DNA from: Candidatus Bathyarchaeota archaeon
GTDB lineage: Archaea; Thermoproteota; Bathyarchaeia; Bathyarchaeales; DTEX01
DNA length: 64,000 bases
Direction: 5' to 3'
Assembly (NCBI GenBank): GCA_025059045.1
Contig: JANXEA010000010.1
Coordinates: 53,324-117,323, forward strand
Below, piece after piece: positions 39,286 to 49,021 of this stretch (positions are counted from its first letter, which is position 1; every line of letters starts with the position of its first letter). Made by a program: the position numbers and the translations under genes. The notes beneath the pieces are model-generated. The model was not told the origin of the DNA, ran no database searches, and saw only the letters and a program-made list of their open reading frames with translations.

Positions 39286-40520
39286 CCCTGAAAAGCCCCT
39301 CCAACCTTCTCTACCTTCTCTCGAATTATATCCACGGAACTCAGGGGAGAAAAAGAAGAGACTATGATGCTATCCTCTTTATAGTCGACGCATTGAACAT
39401 GCGAATTCTTGTATATCCATGAAAGGAGAGATAGTGCTTCTTCGCTCTTCGGCAATGTGAAGTGTAAATTGGTTCTTCCAAGCCTCTTAATTATTTCATC
39501 CTTTAAAAGATCTATATTTACTCGATGAAGCGCCGATATGGGGACAAATTCGGATAATTTTCCATCTAGAACCCTAACTTTCTCATTTAGCTGATCAGAA
39601 GATAAGAGATCAATCTTGTTGAGGACTAATAGGACGGGAACTCCTGTTGCACCTATATCTTGAAGAGTATTAAGGCAGCATGAAAGTTTCCTCTCAATCT
39701 CTGAAATCTCTTCGCTGAAATCGAGAACCAGCAATATTAAATCAGAGTAGATGGTTTCCTCTAATGTTGAATGAAAAGCCTCAATTAACGTGAGCGGCAA
39801 CCCGTCAATGAATCCAACAGTGTCGGTCAACAAGATTCTCTCACCGGAGAGATTCAGGATTCTAGTTGTTGTCGAGAGAGTTGTAAACAGCCTAGGGTCA
39901 GCTGGGACATTTTCTTCTGTCAACGCATTAAATAGAGTGCTCTTGCCAGAGTTTGTGTAACCAGCTAATGATACAAGCGAGAAGCCAAGCTTCCGCCTAC
40001 GTCTTCTATGGATCTCCCTTGTCTTCCTTATGTTTCTAATCTTAGCCTGCAATCTCTGCGCTTCTCTTCTGACAGTCTCATAATATATGTCGGCATCATA
40101 TTTCCCTAGACCGTGGAAGCCCGGTTGCTCACCAGCCTTCGCCAGTCTAACCTTCTCCTTCGCATGAGCCAGCTCGTACTGAAGCCTAGCCAATTCTATC
40201 TGAAGCTTAGCCTCTTTAGTTGACGCTCTCCTCGAGAAGATCTCTAGAATAAGCTGGAAACGGTCGATAACTTCAACTCTGGTAAGTTTCGCCAAGTTAT
40301 AAATCTGAACGATCTTCAGTTCGTTCCCAAATATTACCTTTTGAACATTCAAACGAGAAACGATGTCCGCTAGCTCCCTAGCTTTCCCCGCGCCTATGTT
40401 ATACGTGGGATCCTGAGGACGGACTTGCTCGATTACATCAACAATTTCGTATCCCGCAGCTTCAGCAAGACTCTTCAACTCTTCGATATTCGACTTTTCA
40501 TTATGATCTCTACGAATCAC
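39282..40520 (-). CDS. hflX: GTPase HflX
   Basis: EAKLQIELARLQY, GYTNSGKST, LFTTL, DTVGF, NKID. Confidence 0.95.
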   Translation of the reverse strand: MIRRDHNEKSNIEELKSLAEAAGYEIVDVIEQVRPQDPTYNIGAGKARELADIVSRLNVQKVIFGNELKIVQIYNLAKLTRVEVIDRFQLILEIFSRRASTKEAKLQIELARLQYELAHAKEKVRLAKAGEQPGFHGLGKYDADIYYETVRREAQRLQAKIRNIRKTREIHRRRRRKLGFSLVSLAGYTNSGKSTLFNALTEENVPADPRLFTTLSTTTRILNLSGERILLTDTVGFIDGLPLTLIEAFHSTLEETIYSDLILLVLDFSEEISEIERKLSCCLNTLQDIGATGVPVLLVLNKIDLLSSDQLNEKVRVLDGKLSEFVPISALHRVNIDLLKDEIIKRLGRTNLHFTLPKSEEALSLLSWIYKNSHVQCVDYKEDSIIVSSFSPLSSVDIIREKVEKVGGAFQG

Positions 40521-41046
40521 CAGAACCGCTCTCGTCTTTCAAGAAACCCTCCTTATTTGTTTTGAAAACAGCAATCTCACCCAAAGTAATGGCTTCAGAT
40601 GCAGGTTGAGAGGTTGAGACAGCTTTTTCTTCGACTGAAGTGTGCAACTCTATTTTAAGCACATGCTCGAGCTTAAGGGTTAAATGCTCGTCAGGCATCA
40701 TCTTTCCGGCTTCTATCCTTCTAATAACTGAGGCCTTTTCTCCAACTTTCCTGCCCAAATCATCATGGCTTAGACCCATTCTTTCACGCGCATTTTTTAT
40801 TAGCGACCCGAACCCCTCAACAATGTCTTCTCCAAATTCTTGGTCCAGCTTCTCTTTCGGCCTACGCGAAACGATCCTAACCGAGACTTTTCTCTTACCT
40901 GACCCAGATCCATCTTCTTTTGATCTCGGAAGCCAGGTATCTGATCCTAGTTTGGCACATTTTTCGCACGTTACCATTTTTGCTCCTTCAATAATAACCC
41001 TTCGAGGTTCTCCTTCAATTTGTCGGCCGCAAACCTCACAATGCAA
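40510..41046 (-). CDS. mbf1: Archaeal multiprotein bridging factor 1
   Basis: CEVCG..IEGA..CEKC Zn ribbon, ARERMGLS..L HTH, TLGEI; likely TTG start at 41046. Confidence 0.92.
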   Translation of the reverse strand: MHCEVCGRQIEGEPRRVIIEGAKMVTCEKCAKLGSDTWLPRSKEDGSGSGKRKVSVRIVSRRPKEKLDQEFGEDIVEGFGSLIKNARERMGLSHDDLGRKVGEKASVIRRIEAGKMMPDEHLTLKLEHVLKIELHTSVEEKAVSTSQPASEAITLGEIAVFKTNKEGFLKDESGSGDS

Positions 41047-41145
41047 ACGGGGACACCAAACATACATATGTGATGACAAACTTAAAGGTGACGCAAGACC
41101 TTTCTATCAATCCAAAACAAACAAGAATAAGCATATAGCAAAATT

Positions 41146-41658
41146 ATGATATTCTTGAGGCCGGAAGATATGTATAGCCTACAAGATGATTTCTTGAGAA
41201 AGATAAGATGCATTGCGGATTACCAGTTCGGCTTAGGCGCAGGGAACATCATATTCCCGGATAACGTAGAAATAATCCGTTCTAAAAGGACGGGTAAGAT
41301 TAGGCACGTGTATCATGAAGGGAGGCTTCTTGCAACCCTAAGACCGAGTGACGGGCTCTTCTCCCTAAGCATTGAAGGGGCAAAGAGGCTGTTTGAAGGA
41401 ATGAATCCTAAAAGGCTCTGGGTAAAAATCAGCAGCGAAGCTTCCATTTTTGTTGGAAAAGGGAGCGACGTTTTTGCTAAACATGTACTCGATGCAGATG
41501 AAGAGATAAGGCCGGGAGAAGAGGTTATAATTTTGGATAACGAGAATAAAGTGATCGCTGTTGGCAGGTCTGTTCTTACTGGCGATGAGATGAAAAAGTT
41601 CAATAGAGGTGTTGCCGTAAAAATCAGAAAAAGTAAAAGCCCTAAAAAAGAAAAATAG
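41146..41658 (+). CDS. PUA-domain RNA-binding protein (archaeosine TGT C-terminal-like)
   Basis: IADYQFG, TGKIRHV, LATLRPSDG, DVFAKHV..IRPGEEV..GVAVKIR. Confidence 0.88.
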   Translation: MIFLRPEDMYSLQDDFLRKIRCIADYQFGLGAGNIIFPDNVEIIRSKRTGKIRHVYHEGRLLATLRPSDGLFSLSIEGAKRLFEGMNPKRLWVKISSEASIFVGKGSDVFAKHVLDADEEIRPGEEVIILDNENKVIAVGRSVLTGDEMKKFNRGVAVKIRKSKSPKKEK

Positions 41659-41693
41659 GAATGAAAGAGTGAATGTTTGAGGGATGATAGGAT

Positions 41694-42035
41694 TTGCGCA
41701 GGATAAGTCCAAGAGAAGCTAAGAGAATTATGCAACGCATGGGACTCTCAATGAACCAGATCGACGTAGAAGAAGTAATTCTCAAAACCAGAGACAAAGA
41801 AATAATGATAAAGAATCCTGAAGTTGCAATCTTAGATGTGCAGGGGCAAAAAATATTCCAGATAATGGGCGGCGAGTTGACGGAAAAAATGATAGCGAGA
41901 AAGATTACAATCCCGGAGGAAGACGTCCAGCTCGTTGCGCAGCAGGCGCATGTTAGCTTGGAGCAGGCAAGAGCTGCTTTGGAAGAGACGAATGGCGACT
42001 TGGCGCAGGCAATTCTTCTTCTCAGCCAAAGGTGA
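41694..42035 (+). CDS. nac: Nascent polypeptide-associated complex protein
   Basis: MQRMGL, IPEEDVQLVAQQA..ALEETNGDLAQAIL UBA-like tail. Confidence 0.93.
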   Translation: MRRISPREAKRIMQRMGLSMNQIDVEEVILKTRDKEIMIKNPEVAILDVQGQKIFQIMGGELTEKMIARKITIPEEDVQLVAQQAHVSLEQARAALEETNGDLAQAILLLSQR

Positions 42036-42158
42036 TGGAGAAGAATTTTCATAACTATTCAGGAATAAAGTAATCGAAGGATCATCTCGGACTCAAAAAC
42101 ATTTATATCTCCCAATTAGCCTTCTCTCATTTCACGATTTTGGGAGGACTAGCATAAT

Positions 42159-42440
42159 TTGGCATATTTAACAATGCTAAGAGGTCAGTCATTATTAGTT
42201 TTCAGGGAAAGGCCTTACAGAACTAAGGGGGGTGATGCGCGGAAAAATAATATAGCTGCCGCTAGAATCGTAGCGGAAACTCTTAAGGCTGATATGGATA
42301 GGATGCTCTTCATGTGGGGATGTAAAAAACCTCAATCCGCCTCAATCTTGTTTAGAGATGGACTAAAAGAAAGTTTGATGGGGCTGGGAGAGCAATGAGA
42401 GACACGCTTTCTTTTGCCTGCGCTATTGAAAAGAATAGTC
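42159..42440 (+). pseudogene. Thermosome (group II chaperonin) relic with a large internal deletion
   Basis: GQSLLVFRE..RTKGGDARKNNIAAARIVAETLK..MDRML joined to GCKKPQSASILFRDG, then out-of-frame FDGAGRAMRDTLS. Confidence 0.8.
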
Positions 42441-42485
42441 TCACCCCTTCTTTTACGCTTATAAAAAAGAGGAGGTGAAGGCTGA

Positions 42486-43862
42486 ATGGCTGAAATTAGG
42501 GAAATTCCGGCAAGAGCAAGCCGCTTCGAAAGGATAGGCGCACATACACACATAAAAGGGTTAGGGCTGGACGAAAACTTCAGAGCAGTCAAAGTCAAGG
42601 ATGGCATGGTGGGACAGGAGAAGGCACGAGAAGCCGCGGGACTAGTTGTTCAAATGATTAAGGAGGGTAAGATGAGCGGGAAAACCGTAATACTCGCAGG
42701 CCCGCCAGGAACTGGTAAGACAGCGATCGCTGTTGCCATATCCCGTGAATTGGGGCCTAATGTGCCTTTTATTCAGATGAGCGGCAGCGAGATCTATAGC
42801 AGCGAGAGAAAGAAAACAGAGGTGCTTATCGAGGCGATGAGAAAGTGCATAGGCGTCGAGATACATGAGATGCGTAAGGTTTACGAGGGCGAAGTGACAG
42901 CGATCGACATTAGGACAGCTCCGCATCCCTATAACCCCTATCAAAAGGTTCCTGAAAGCGTGAGAATAACCTTAAAGACGACTAAGCAGGAGAAAACCAT
43001 TGAGGCAGGAGCCTCAATTGCGCAGCAGATTATTCAGCAGGGAATAACAGAAGGCAATGTCATACAGATTGATGCTGAGACTGGCAGGGTTGCGAATCTT
43101 GGGCTGAGCATAGAGAGCACCAAGGGAAAGACGTACGATGTTGATACGAGCGAGAAGGTGCCTAGACCATCAGGAGACGTTCTCAAAGAGAAGGAGTTTG
43201 TTTATACGCTAACATTAGCGGATATGGATGAGATCAACGCTAGGCACAGGCTGGGAGGCGGCTTATTCTCACTATTCCTAGGTGGAGCGGAGACGAAAGA
43301 GATTGACACCGATATCAGGGCTGCCGTTGACGAATCTGTAAAGAAGATGGTCGACGAGGGCAAAGCCTTCATTCATCCCGGCGTCCTCTTTATAGACGAC
43401 AGCCACCTCCTTGACCTAGAAGCATTTAGCTTCCTTGGCAGAGCCCTTGAAAGCGAACTTGTCCCAATAATAATCTTAGCAACCAATAGGGGGGTAACGA
43501 CGATTCGGGGTACAGACGTTAAAAGTCCTCTTGGATTCCCCCTAGACTTGATTGACAGGTCTGTGATCATAGCCACTGAGGACTACGACGCTGATAGTAT
43601 AAGAGAGATACTGAGGATAAGGGCAAGAGAGGAGAAGGTGACCATCGAAAATGATGCTCTAGAAAGGCTCACACAAATCGGGGCAAAGTCATCACTGAGA
43701 TATGCGGTTCAACTTCTAAGCCTAGCCGCCCAAAACGCCAAGGTCATGAAGCATGAAACAGTGAAACTTGAGGATGTCGAGAGGGTTGACTCCCTCTTTA
43801 TGGATACCTACAAAGCGTCTGAGCATCTGAGAAAATACGAGGATAGGCTACTATACCACTGA
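42486..43862 (+). CDS. TIP49/RuvBL-type AAA+ ATPase
   Basis: RIGAHTHIKGLGL, GPPGTGKTA, GSEIYSSE, LATNRG, DLIDR, SSLRYAVQL. Confidence 0.95.
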   Translation: MAEIREIPARASRFERIGAHTHIKGLGLDENFRAVKVKDGMVGQEKAREAAGLVVQMIKEGKMSGKTVILAGPPGTGKTAIAVAISRELGPNVPFIQMSGSEIYSSERKKTEVLIEAMRKCIGVEIHEMRKVYEGEVTAIDIRTAPHPYNPYQKVPESVRITLKTTKQEKTIEAGASIAQQIIQQGITEGNVIQIDAETGRVANLGLSIESTKGKTYDVDTSEKVPRPSGDVLKEKEFVYTLTLADMDEINARHRLGGGLFSLFLGGAETKEIDTDIRAAVDESVKKMVDEGKAFIHPGVLFIDDSHLLDLEAFSFLGRALESELVPIIILATNRGVTTIRGTDVKSPLGFPLDLIDRSVIIATEDYDADSIREILRIRAREEKVTIENDALERLTQIGAKSSLRYAVQLLSLAAQNAKVMKHETVKLEDVERVDSLFMDTYKASEHLRKYEDRLLYH

Positions 43863-43926
43863 AAGCATTAAATAGCACATTCCCTCACTCTTTTAAAAGA
43901 GTGACACAAAGGGTGTCAATCCCGGC

Positions 43927-44997
43927 TTGTCAGTCTGCATAACATACCATGAAAAGTTTCGCCAATATGACCTAGGTGCGAATCATCCATTCAAAGGCGA
44001 CCGGTTCCCCAAAGCAAAGGCCTTTTTTGATAAGAAGAACCTTTCCAAATCCCAGAATGTATGTTATATAGAACCCCGACCCGCAAAAGAGAGCAATCTG
44101 ATCAAAGTTCACACACGAGAGTTTGTTGATTTAATCAAGAGGCTCGCTGAAGCTGGAAGACCATATGATCTTGATACACCTGTTTCCATGCCTATTCTTG
44201 AGGCTCTAATGTTTATGATTGGCGGCGTTATAGAGGCGGGAGACGCGATATTCTCTGGAAGATTCGGGCGGGCGGTCGCGTTAGGAGGCGGCTTCCATCA
44301 TGCAGGTAGAGATTATGCAGGCGGCTTCTGCATCTTCAACGATATAGCCATACTTGTAGAGCATCTTCGCGAAAAGTTTGGTGTGAAGAGGTTTCTGATA
44401 CTAGACTATGATGTCCACTTCGGCAATGGGACGAGCGACATATATTACTCTGATCCCAACGTGCTCTTCATCTCTCTTCATCAGGACCCGCTAACAATAT
44501 ATCCTGGAAGAGGCTTTATAGATGAGATCGGAGAGGGGGAAGGGGAAGGTTATAACGTAAATGTTCCGCTTCCGGTCAGAACTGGCGAAGAATCATATCT
44601 ACTTGCTTTGAATGAGATATTCCCTCCACTTGCGGAGGAGTTCAAACCTGAAATAATAATTGCTAACGGCGGAAGCGATGCGCACTTTGCAGATCATCTG
44701 GGAAGTATGGGATTAACGGCTAAAGGCTTCTTCAAAATATCTCGAACAATCCTTGAAACTTCTAAAAAAGTATGTAATGGTCGGGCTGCGTTGCTGATCG
44801 CCAGTGGATATAATCCCTTGGTCCTTCCCTATTGTTGGTACGCTCTGGCGGCTGGTTTCATTGAACCGCAAAGGGATCCGGAAGAAATTGAGGACTATTT
44901 TCCATCGCCGAGGGATCCGTGGCAAAACAGGGTCCAGGTTGAAAGGATATTGGGGGATTTGAAGAAGATCCTGAGAAAATATTGGAAATGTTTCTGA
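43927..44997 (+). CDS. Zn-dependent histone deacetylase-family (HDAC/AcuC-like) protein
   Basis: GGGFHHA..GGFCIFND, DYDVHFGNGT, SLHQ..YPG, GSDAH. Confidence 0.93.
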   Translation: MSVCITYHEKFRQYDLGANHPFKGDRFPKAKAFFDKKNLSKSQNVCYIEPRPAKESNLIKVHTREFVDLIKRLAEAGRPYDLDTPVSMPILEALMFMIGGVIEAGDAIFSGRFGRAVALGGGFHHAGRDYAGGFCIFNDIAILVEHLREKFGVKRFLILDYDVHFGNGTSDIYYSDPNVLFISLHQDPLTIYPGRGFIDEIGEGEGEGYNVNVPLPVRTGEESYLLALNEIFPPLAEEFKPEIIIANGGSDAHFADHLGSMGLTAKGFFKISRTILETSKKVCNGRAALLIASGYNPLVLPYCWYALAAGFIEPQRDPEEIEDYFPSPRDPWQNRVQVERILGDLKKILRKYWKCF

Positions 44998-45008
44998 TGA
45001 TCCAAAGC

Positions 45009-45569
45009 TCATTTTACAAGCTTTAATGCCTCTTTGAACTCCTGCGTTCCTGCCTTTTCAAGTATCTCATACATTAACATTTCCGTTGTAGCTATGGTCA
45101 CGCCGCACTGTCTCATCCTATTGATAGCGACCTCTTTATCTTCAAGCCTTCTGGATGAGACTGCATCGTAAACGACACATGGCCTGTAGCCTCGAATTAA
45201 GCCGTCAAGTGCCGTCTGCATCACGCAGATATGCGCCTCGATTCCACTGATGATTAGTGTCCGTGCATTAATCTCCCTTAGAGTTTCAGCAAACTTCGCG
45301 GACTTGAAGCAGCTAAACTCCACCTTCTCGATAGGCTCGACGTCCAGGAGAAGAGTCTTGATCTCCGGAATAGTTCCTCCCAGGCCCTTTGGATACTGCT
45401 CAGTCAACACGATTGGAATATTCATGATCCTTGCGAAGCTTATCAATTTTTTAACATTCTCGATTAGAAGATCCTTTTCAGCTATTTTCGCAATAAGCTT
45501 CTCCTGCATATCGATTATAACCAAGACGAGCCAATGACGTGAGATTAACTCAGAACTCAACTCTGCCAC
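45009..45569 (-). CDS. Isochorismatase-family hydrolase
   Basis: IIDMQEKL, TEQYPKGLG, GIEAHICVMQTALD. Confidence 0.9.
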   Translation of the reverse strand: MAELSSELISRHWLVLVIIDMQEKLIAKIAEKDLLIENVKKLISFARIMNIPIVLTEQYPKGLGGTIPEIKTLLLDVEPIEKVEFSCFKSAKFAETLREINARTLIISGIEAHICVMQTALDGLIRGYRPCVVYDAVSSRRLEDKEVAINRMRQCGVTIATTEMLMYEILEKAGTQEFKEALKLVK

Positions 45570-45691
45570 CTAAATAGAGGTGACCTATCAAATTTAAATT
45601 GTTAACCATTATGATAGAGATGCCTTTATATAAAGTGGACTGGAGGGGAGGATTTTCAAAAATTTGACTAGAGATCAATATAAAAAAAAGG

Positions 45692-47302
45692 TTATGGGTC
45701 AAGTATTCTCAGGACGGCTTCTTCTTCAGCCTCCTCCGCCAATGGAATTCCAGTAACCTTTGCTGCACGTTCACTTAGCGCCATTAGGTCTTTTCGATCT
45801 AATAGGTCAAGACGCCACTTTCTGGCCCCTGCCATGAGCTGCATGAGTCCGACCTTGACACGTTCGCTTAAGTAGGAATACAGGCCAACCGCTTCCCATG
45901 GAATTTCTTTAAACCTCTCTCCATACTTAGCCCTCAACTCAGGAGCTGCGGCGAAAAAGACTTCAGGTCTATTGCCAAAATTCTCAATGAAGCTCTTTGG
46001 AAGCTGCCCCTTATTCGCCAGCTCAATGAAATAGGAGCTCTTCATGACCGCTGTTAATGGAGACCTAGCCATCAAAACGCCCTTAACTAGCGGTCCATCC
46101 CCAAAGTTGCTCATCGCTATAGCCTTGAATATCTGTGTCTCATTTATGAAGCCCCCTGCCATGATAATGTCCGGCACATACATACCCTTCTTCTTTAGAA
46201 TCTGCGCGCATTTTAGAACCCATGCCTCTAGATAGACTGTGGGGATACTCATCTCATCCATCATTGGAACCGGACTCATGCCAGTCCCGCCGCCTGCACC
46301 GTCGAATGTCACCGCGTCAATTTTCGCTTCTGAAGCTATCTTCAAAGTATATGCCACAGCCGACGGCCTATAAGCTCCGGTTTTAAGAAAAACATGTTTT
46401 GCTCCATGGCTCCTTAAGTTTTCAATATCCTCAACAAAGTCCTTTGCGTTTGGGATCCCAACTCTGCTGTGACGTTCAAAGCTCCTGAATACGCCCTCCT
46501 TAAATGCAGCTTGAACATTCGGGTCTTCAGGGTCTGGGATGACGAGGTAGCCTCTCTTCTTCAGGGTTATAGCCCTCTCTAGATTGTTAATTCTGACTTC
46601 GCCGCCGATGGCTTTTGCCCCCTGCCCCCATTTCCTCTCGATAATGTTCACTTCAAGTTTCGACAAGGCATAGACATCGACGCCGAGACGCTGGTCCTCA
46701 ACATTCGTCTGGACGGCGACGTCTCCATGCTTTCCATCCCAGAACTTTCTGAATGCATCCACCCGCCGTTTAAGTTCCTTAGAATAGGTTACTTTTCCCT
46801 GAGTTATCACCGCATCGGGATCCATTCCGCAGACGTTTTCGCCGATTGTTATCCCGACACCGGAGATAGCTGCGCCTATGGCTAGACCATCCCAATTTAG
46901 CCTTGCAACTTCTGTCGATCCGAAGGCGCCGATTATTATAGGTATCTTTAGTGGGACGCCGCCGATGACAGTGTCGGTCTTCACGTTCTCGAAGAAGGCT
47001 ACGTCAGGATCAGCCTCGACCCCCTGAACCTCAAATAGGCTGGATTGAATGTTAAAGTGAGACCAGTCCAGACCGAAGTCTTTAAGGGCCCCGGATGTGC
47101 TGAACCCGTACTGTACAGGTTCTGGGTAAAGTGCTTCTCTGCCCCTGAATGTCGAAAGAGCGATTTCGCAGAGAAATGGGCAGTCTCGTATGCATAATGG
47201 GCACATTCCACTTGTGCAGCTGACATCTCTGACCCTTGTGTTGGTTCCTGTTGTCGATTTTCCATTTAGGTATGAGGAATTCCGTAATACTCTTTCAGGC
47301 AT
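45692..47302 (-). CDS. FMN-binding glutamate synthase-family protein (stand-alone)
   Basis: ERKWGQGAKAIGGE, LKTGAY, DGAGGGTGMSP, N-terminal Cys cluster. Confidence 0.88.
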   Translation of the reverse strand: MPERVLRNSSYLNGKSTTGTNTRVRDVSCTSGMCPLCIRDCPFLCEIALSTFRGREALYPEPVQYGFSTSGALKDFGLDWSHFNIQSSLFEVQGVEADPDVAFFENVKTDTVIGGVPLKIPIIIGAFGSTEVARLNWDGLAIGAAISGVGITIGENVCGMDPDAVITQGKVTYSKELKRRVDAFRKFWDGKHGDVAVQTNVEDQRLGVDVYALSKLEVNIIERKWGQGAKAIGGEVRINNLERAITLKKRGYLVIPDPEDPNVQAAFKEGVFRSFERHSRVGIPNAKDFVEDIENLRSHGAKHVFLKTGAYRPSAVAYTLKIASEAKIDAVTFDGAGGGTGMSPVPMMDEMSIPTVYLEAWVLKCAQILKKKGMYVPDIIMAGGFINETQIFKAIAMSNFGDGPLVKGVLMARSPLTAVMKSSYFIELANKGQLPKSFIENFGNRPEVFFAAAPELRAKYGERFKEIPWEAVGLYSYLSERVKVGLMQLMAGARKWRLDLLDRKDLMALSERAAKVTGIPLAEEAEEEAVLRILDP

Positions 47303-47443
47303 ATGGCATCCTCCACTTCACCTAACAGACAGTCCATTTTATTCTTTTTCGACTTTCACGAAAGAGTATTGCGTATCATCAATAGGTATTTATATGTGTT
47401 CATTATGCTTTAATGCGCTGAAAGTGATTTAATCCGAAGATAT

Positions 47444-48574
47444 ATGAATCATGTAAAAATGTTGGACAGAGTGCCCATCATGGAAAAAGATCTCGGCTAC
47501 AGAAAGGTTCAATCCACGGGCAGAAAGTCCTACATAATTTCACTTCCAAAGAAGTGGGTCGAAAGTCTTGGGCTTGATAAAGGAAGCGAGATAGCATTTA
47601 AGGTTCAAGAAGATTCTTCACTGGTTTTGACGCCGAGAAAAATACTTGAAAGCAAAAGAGAAAGACGAGAAAGGAAAGAATATTGGGTGCATGTTAACCC
47701 AGACGATAATGTTGGATCATTGCGGCGCAGGATAACCTCCTTATACGTTGTGAGCGCTAACACGATCCATGTAACCTTTAAGGATGCTTCAACCGCGCTT
47801 AAATTTAGAAATGAGATACATGAAATCGTCAAAAATTTTCTTTTGGGCGCAGAAATAGTTGAGGAAACACCGCGAAGGATAACAATTCAGATACTTATCG
47901 ACCAGCTTGAATTTCCAGTTGAGAAGGCTATAAGAAGAATGGCGGTGCTCGCCTTGTCTGCAAGCAATGATGTAATTTCAAATCTGAAAGACATTAGCGA
48001 GGAGACTGCGCGAGGCATTCTTATGATATGCAATGATGTTTACAGACTGAGCTTATATGTGACTAGACAACTAAAATATGGACTCGAGAGGAATGCCTTC
48101 AAAGAATTAGGGTTCAAAACAGCTAAGGAGTTTCTCGGCTATAGATTAGTTGTGAATGATGTTAAAGCGATCTCGGATAACGCCTTAAATATTATTAATA
48201 ACCTTATGGCGATAAAGCCACTTATAGAATCCGGGACCATCTTCTCCAAGGAGCCAATAGATGAGGAGGTTTACAGTCAAATTCTTGATTATAACAATCA
48301 CATACACCGTTTATTTGAGGAGTCTTTAAAGGCGCTGTTCAAAAGGAATTATATAGAAGCGGAAAGGGTAATACGAGAAATTGACTTGGCACGGCGAATA
48401 GAAAATCAGCTTTCAGTTTTGATATCGAGTAAGAAGATGGATCCAGCTTTTTCTTCCCTCTTTAGCTTGATCCTTGACAACGTAAGGCGGATGGCGGATT
48501 ATGGTAGAAACATCGCGGAAGTGGCGTTAAACAGAACTGTGGAAGAAATATCGATCCAAGAGCCTACGAATTAG
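47444..48574 (+). CDS. phoU: Phosphate uptake regulator, AbrB-PhoU type
   Basis: RKVQSTGRKSYIISLPKKW AbrB domain and two PhoU-like bundles (RMADYGRNIAE). Confidence 0.85.
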   Translation: MNHVKMLDRVPIMEKDLGYRKVQSTGRKSYIISLPKKWVESLGLDKGSEIAFKVQEDSSLVLTPRKILESKRERRERKEYWVHVNPDDNVGSLRRRITSLYVVSANTIHVTFKDASTALKFRNEIHEIVKNFLLGAEIVEETPRRITIQILIDQLEFPVEKAIRRMAVLALSASNDVISNLKDISEETARGILMICNDVYRLSLYVTRQLKYGLERNAFKELGFKTAKEFLGYRLVVNDVKAISDNALNIINNLMAIKPLIESGTIFSKEPIDEEVYSQILDYNNHIHRLFEESLKALFKRNYIEAERVIREIDLARRIENQLSVLISSKKMDPAFSSLFSLILDNVRRMADYGRNIAEVALNRTVEEISIQEPTN

Positions 48575-48601
48575 TCATGGAAATCCCTGCATATACAAGT
48601 T

Positions 48602-48886
48602 CTATCCGCCGCTAATCAAGGTCATCAATGATATGACATCTCCGTCTTTGAGTAAAATTGGACTCTCGTTATGCAGATTTATGAGTTTCCCGTTGACCGC
48701 CACGATGAAAGTTGGATCCCAAAGGTGCTCTTTAGCATTTATAAATCTTCCAAATTTTTCTCCGTATGTTTTCGCCAGTTCATTTAGCAAATCCTTGAGC
48801 GAGGAGCCTTCCTTAAGGTAAATATCCTCCTCGCTTCTTCCAGTAGAATTTCTAACCAGGCCAAGATAGAGAAGCTTTACTTTCAT
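48602..48886 (-). CDS. MoaD/ThiS/SAMP ubiquitin-like protein
   Basis: VAVNG..LKDGDVI..ISGG C-terminal diglycine. Confidence 0.9.
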   Translation of the reverse strand: MKVKLLYLGLVRNSTGRSEEDIYLKEGSSLKDLLNELAKTYGEKFGRFINAKEHLWDPTFIVAVNGKLINLHNESPILLKDGDVISLMTLISGG

Positions 48887-49021
48887 GCCACTTAGATCTA
48901 TGAGATGATCTGCAAATTTAAGTATTTCCTGTCTGTTTCCATAACTTCAATTGTAGTTTTTTTGCTCAACATTTATTAACCATCTTTGATGGTTTATTCT
49001 TGGATGGTGTAAGGAAGATAT

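Noticed and set aside
43380..43420. TIP49 Walker B reads FIDDSH rather than FIDEVH
   Set aside because: I recall DD variants in other TACK TIP49 proteins, so it is not treated as inactivation (from memory, unverified)
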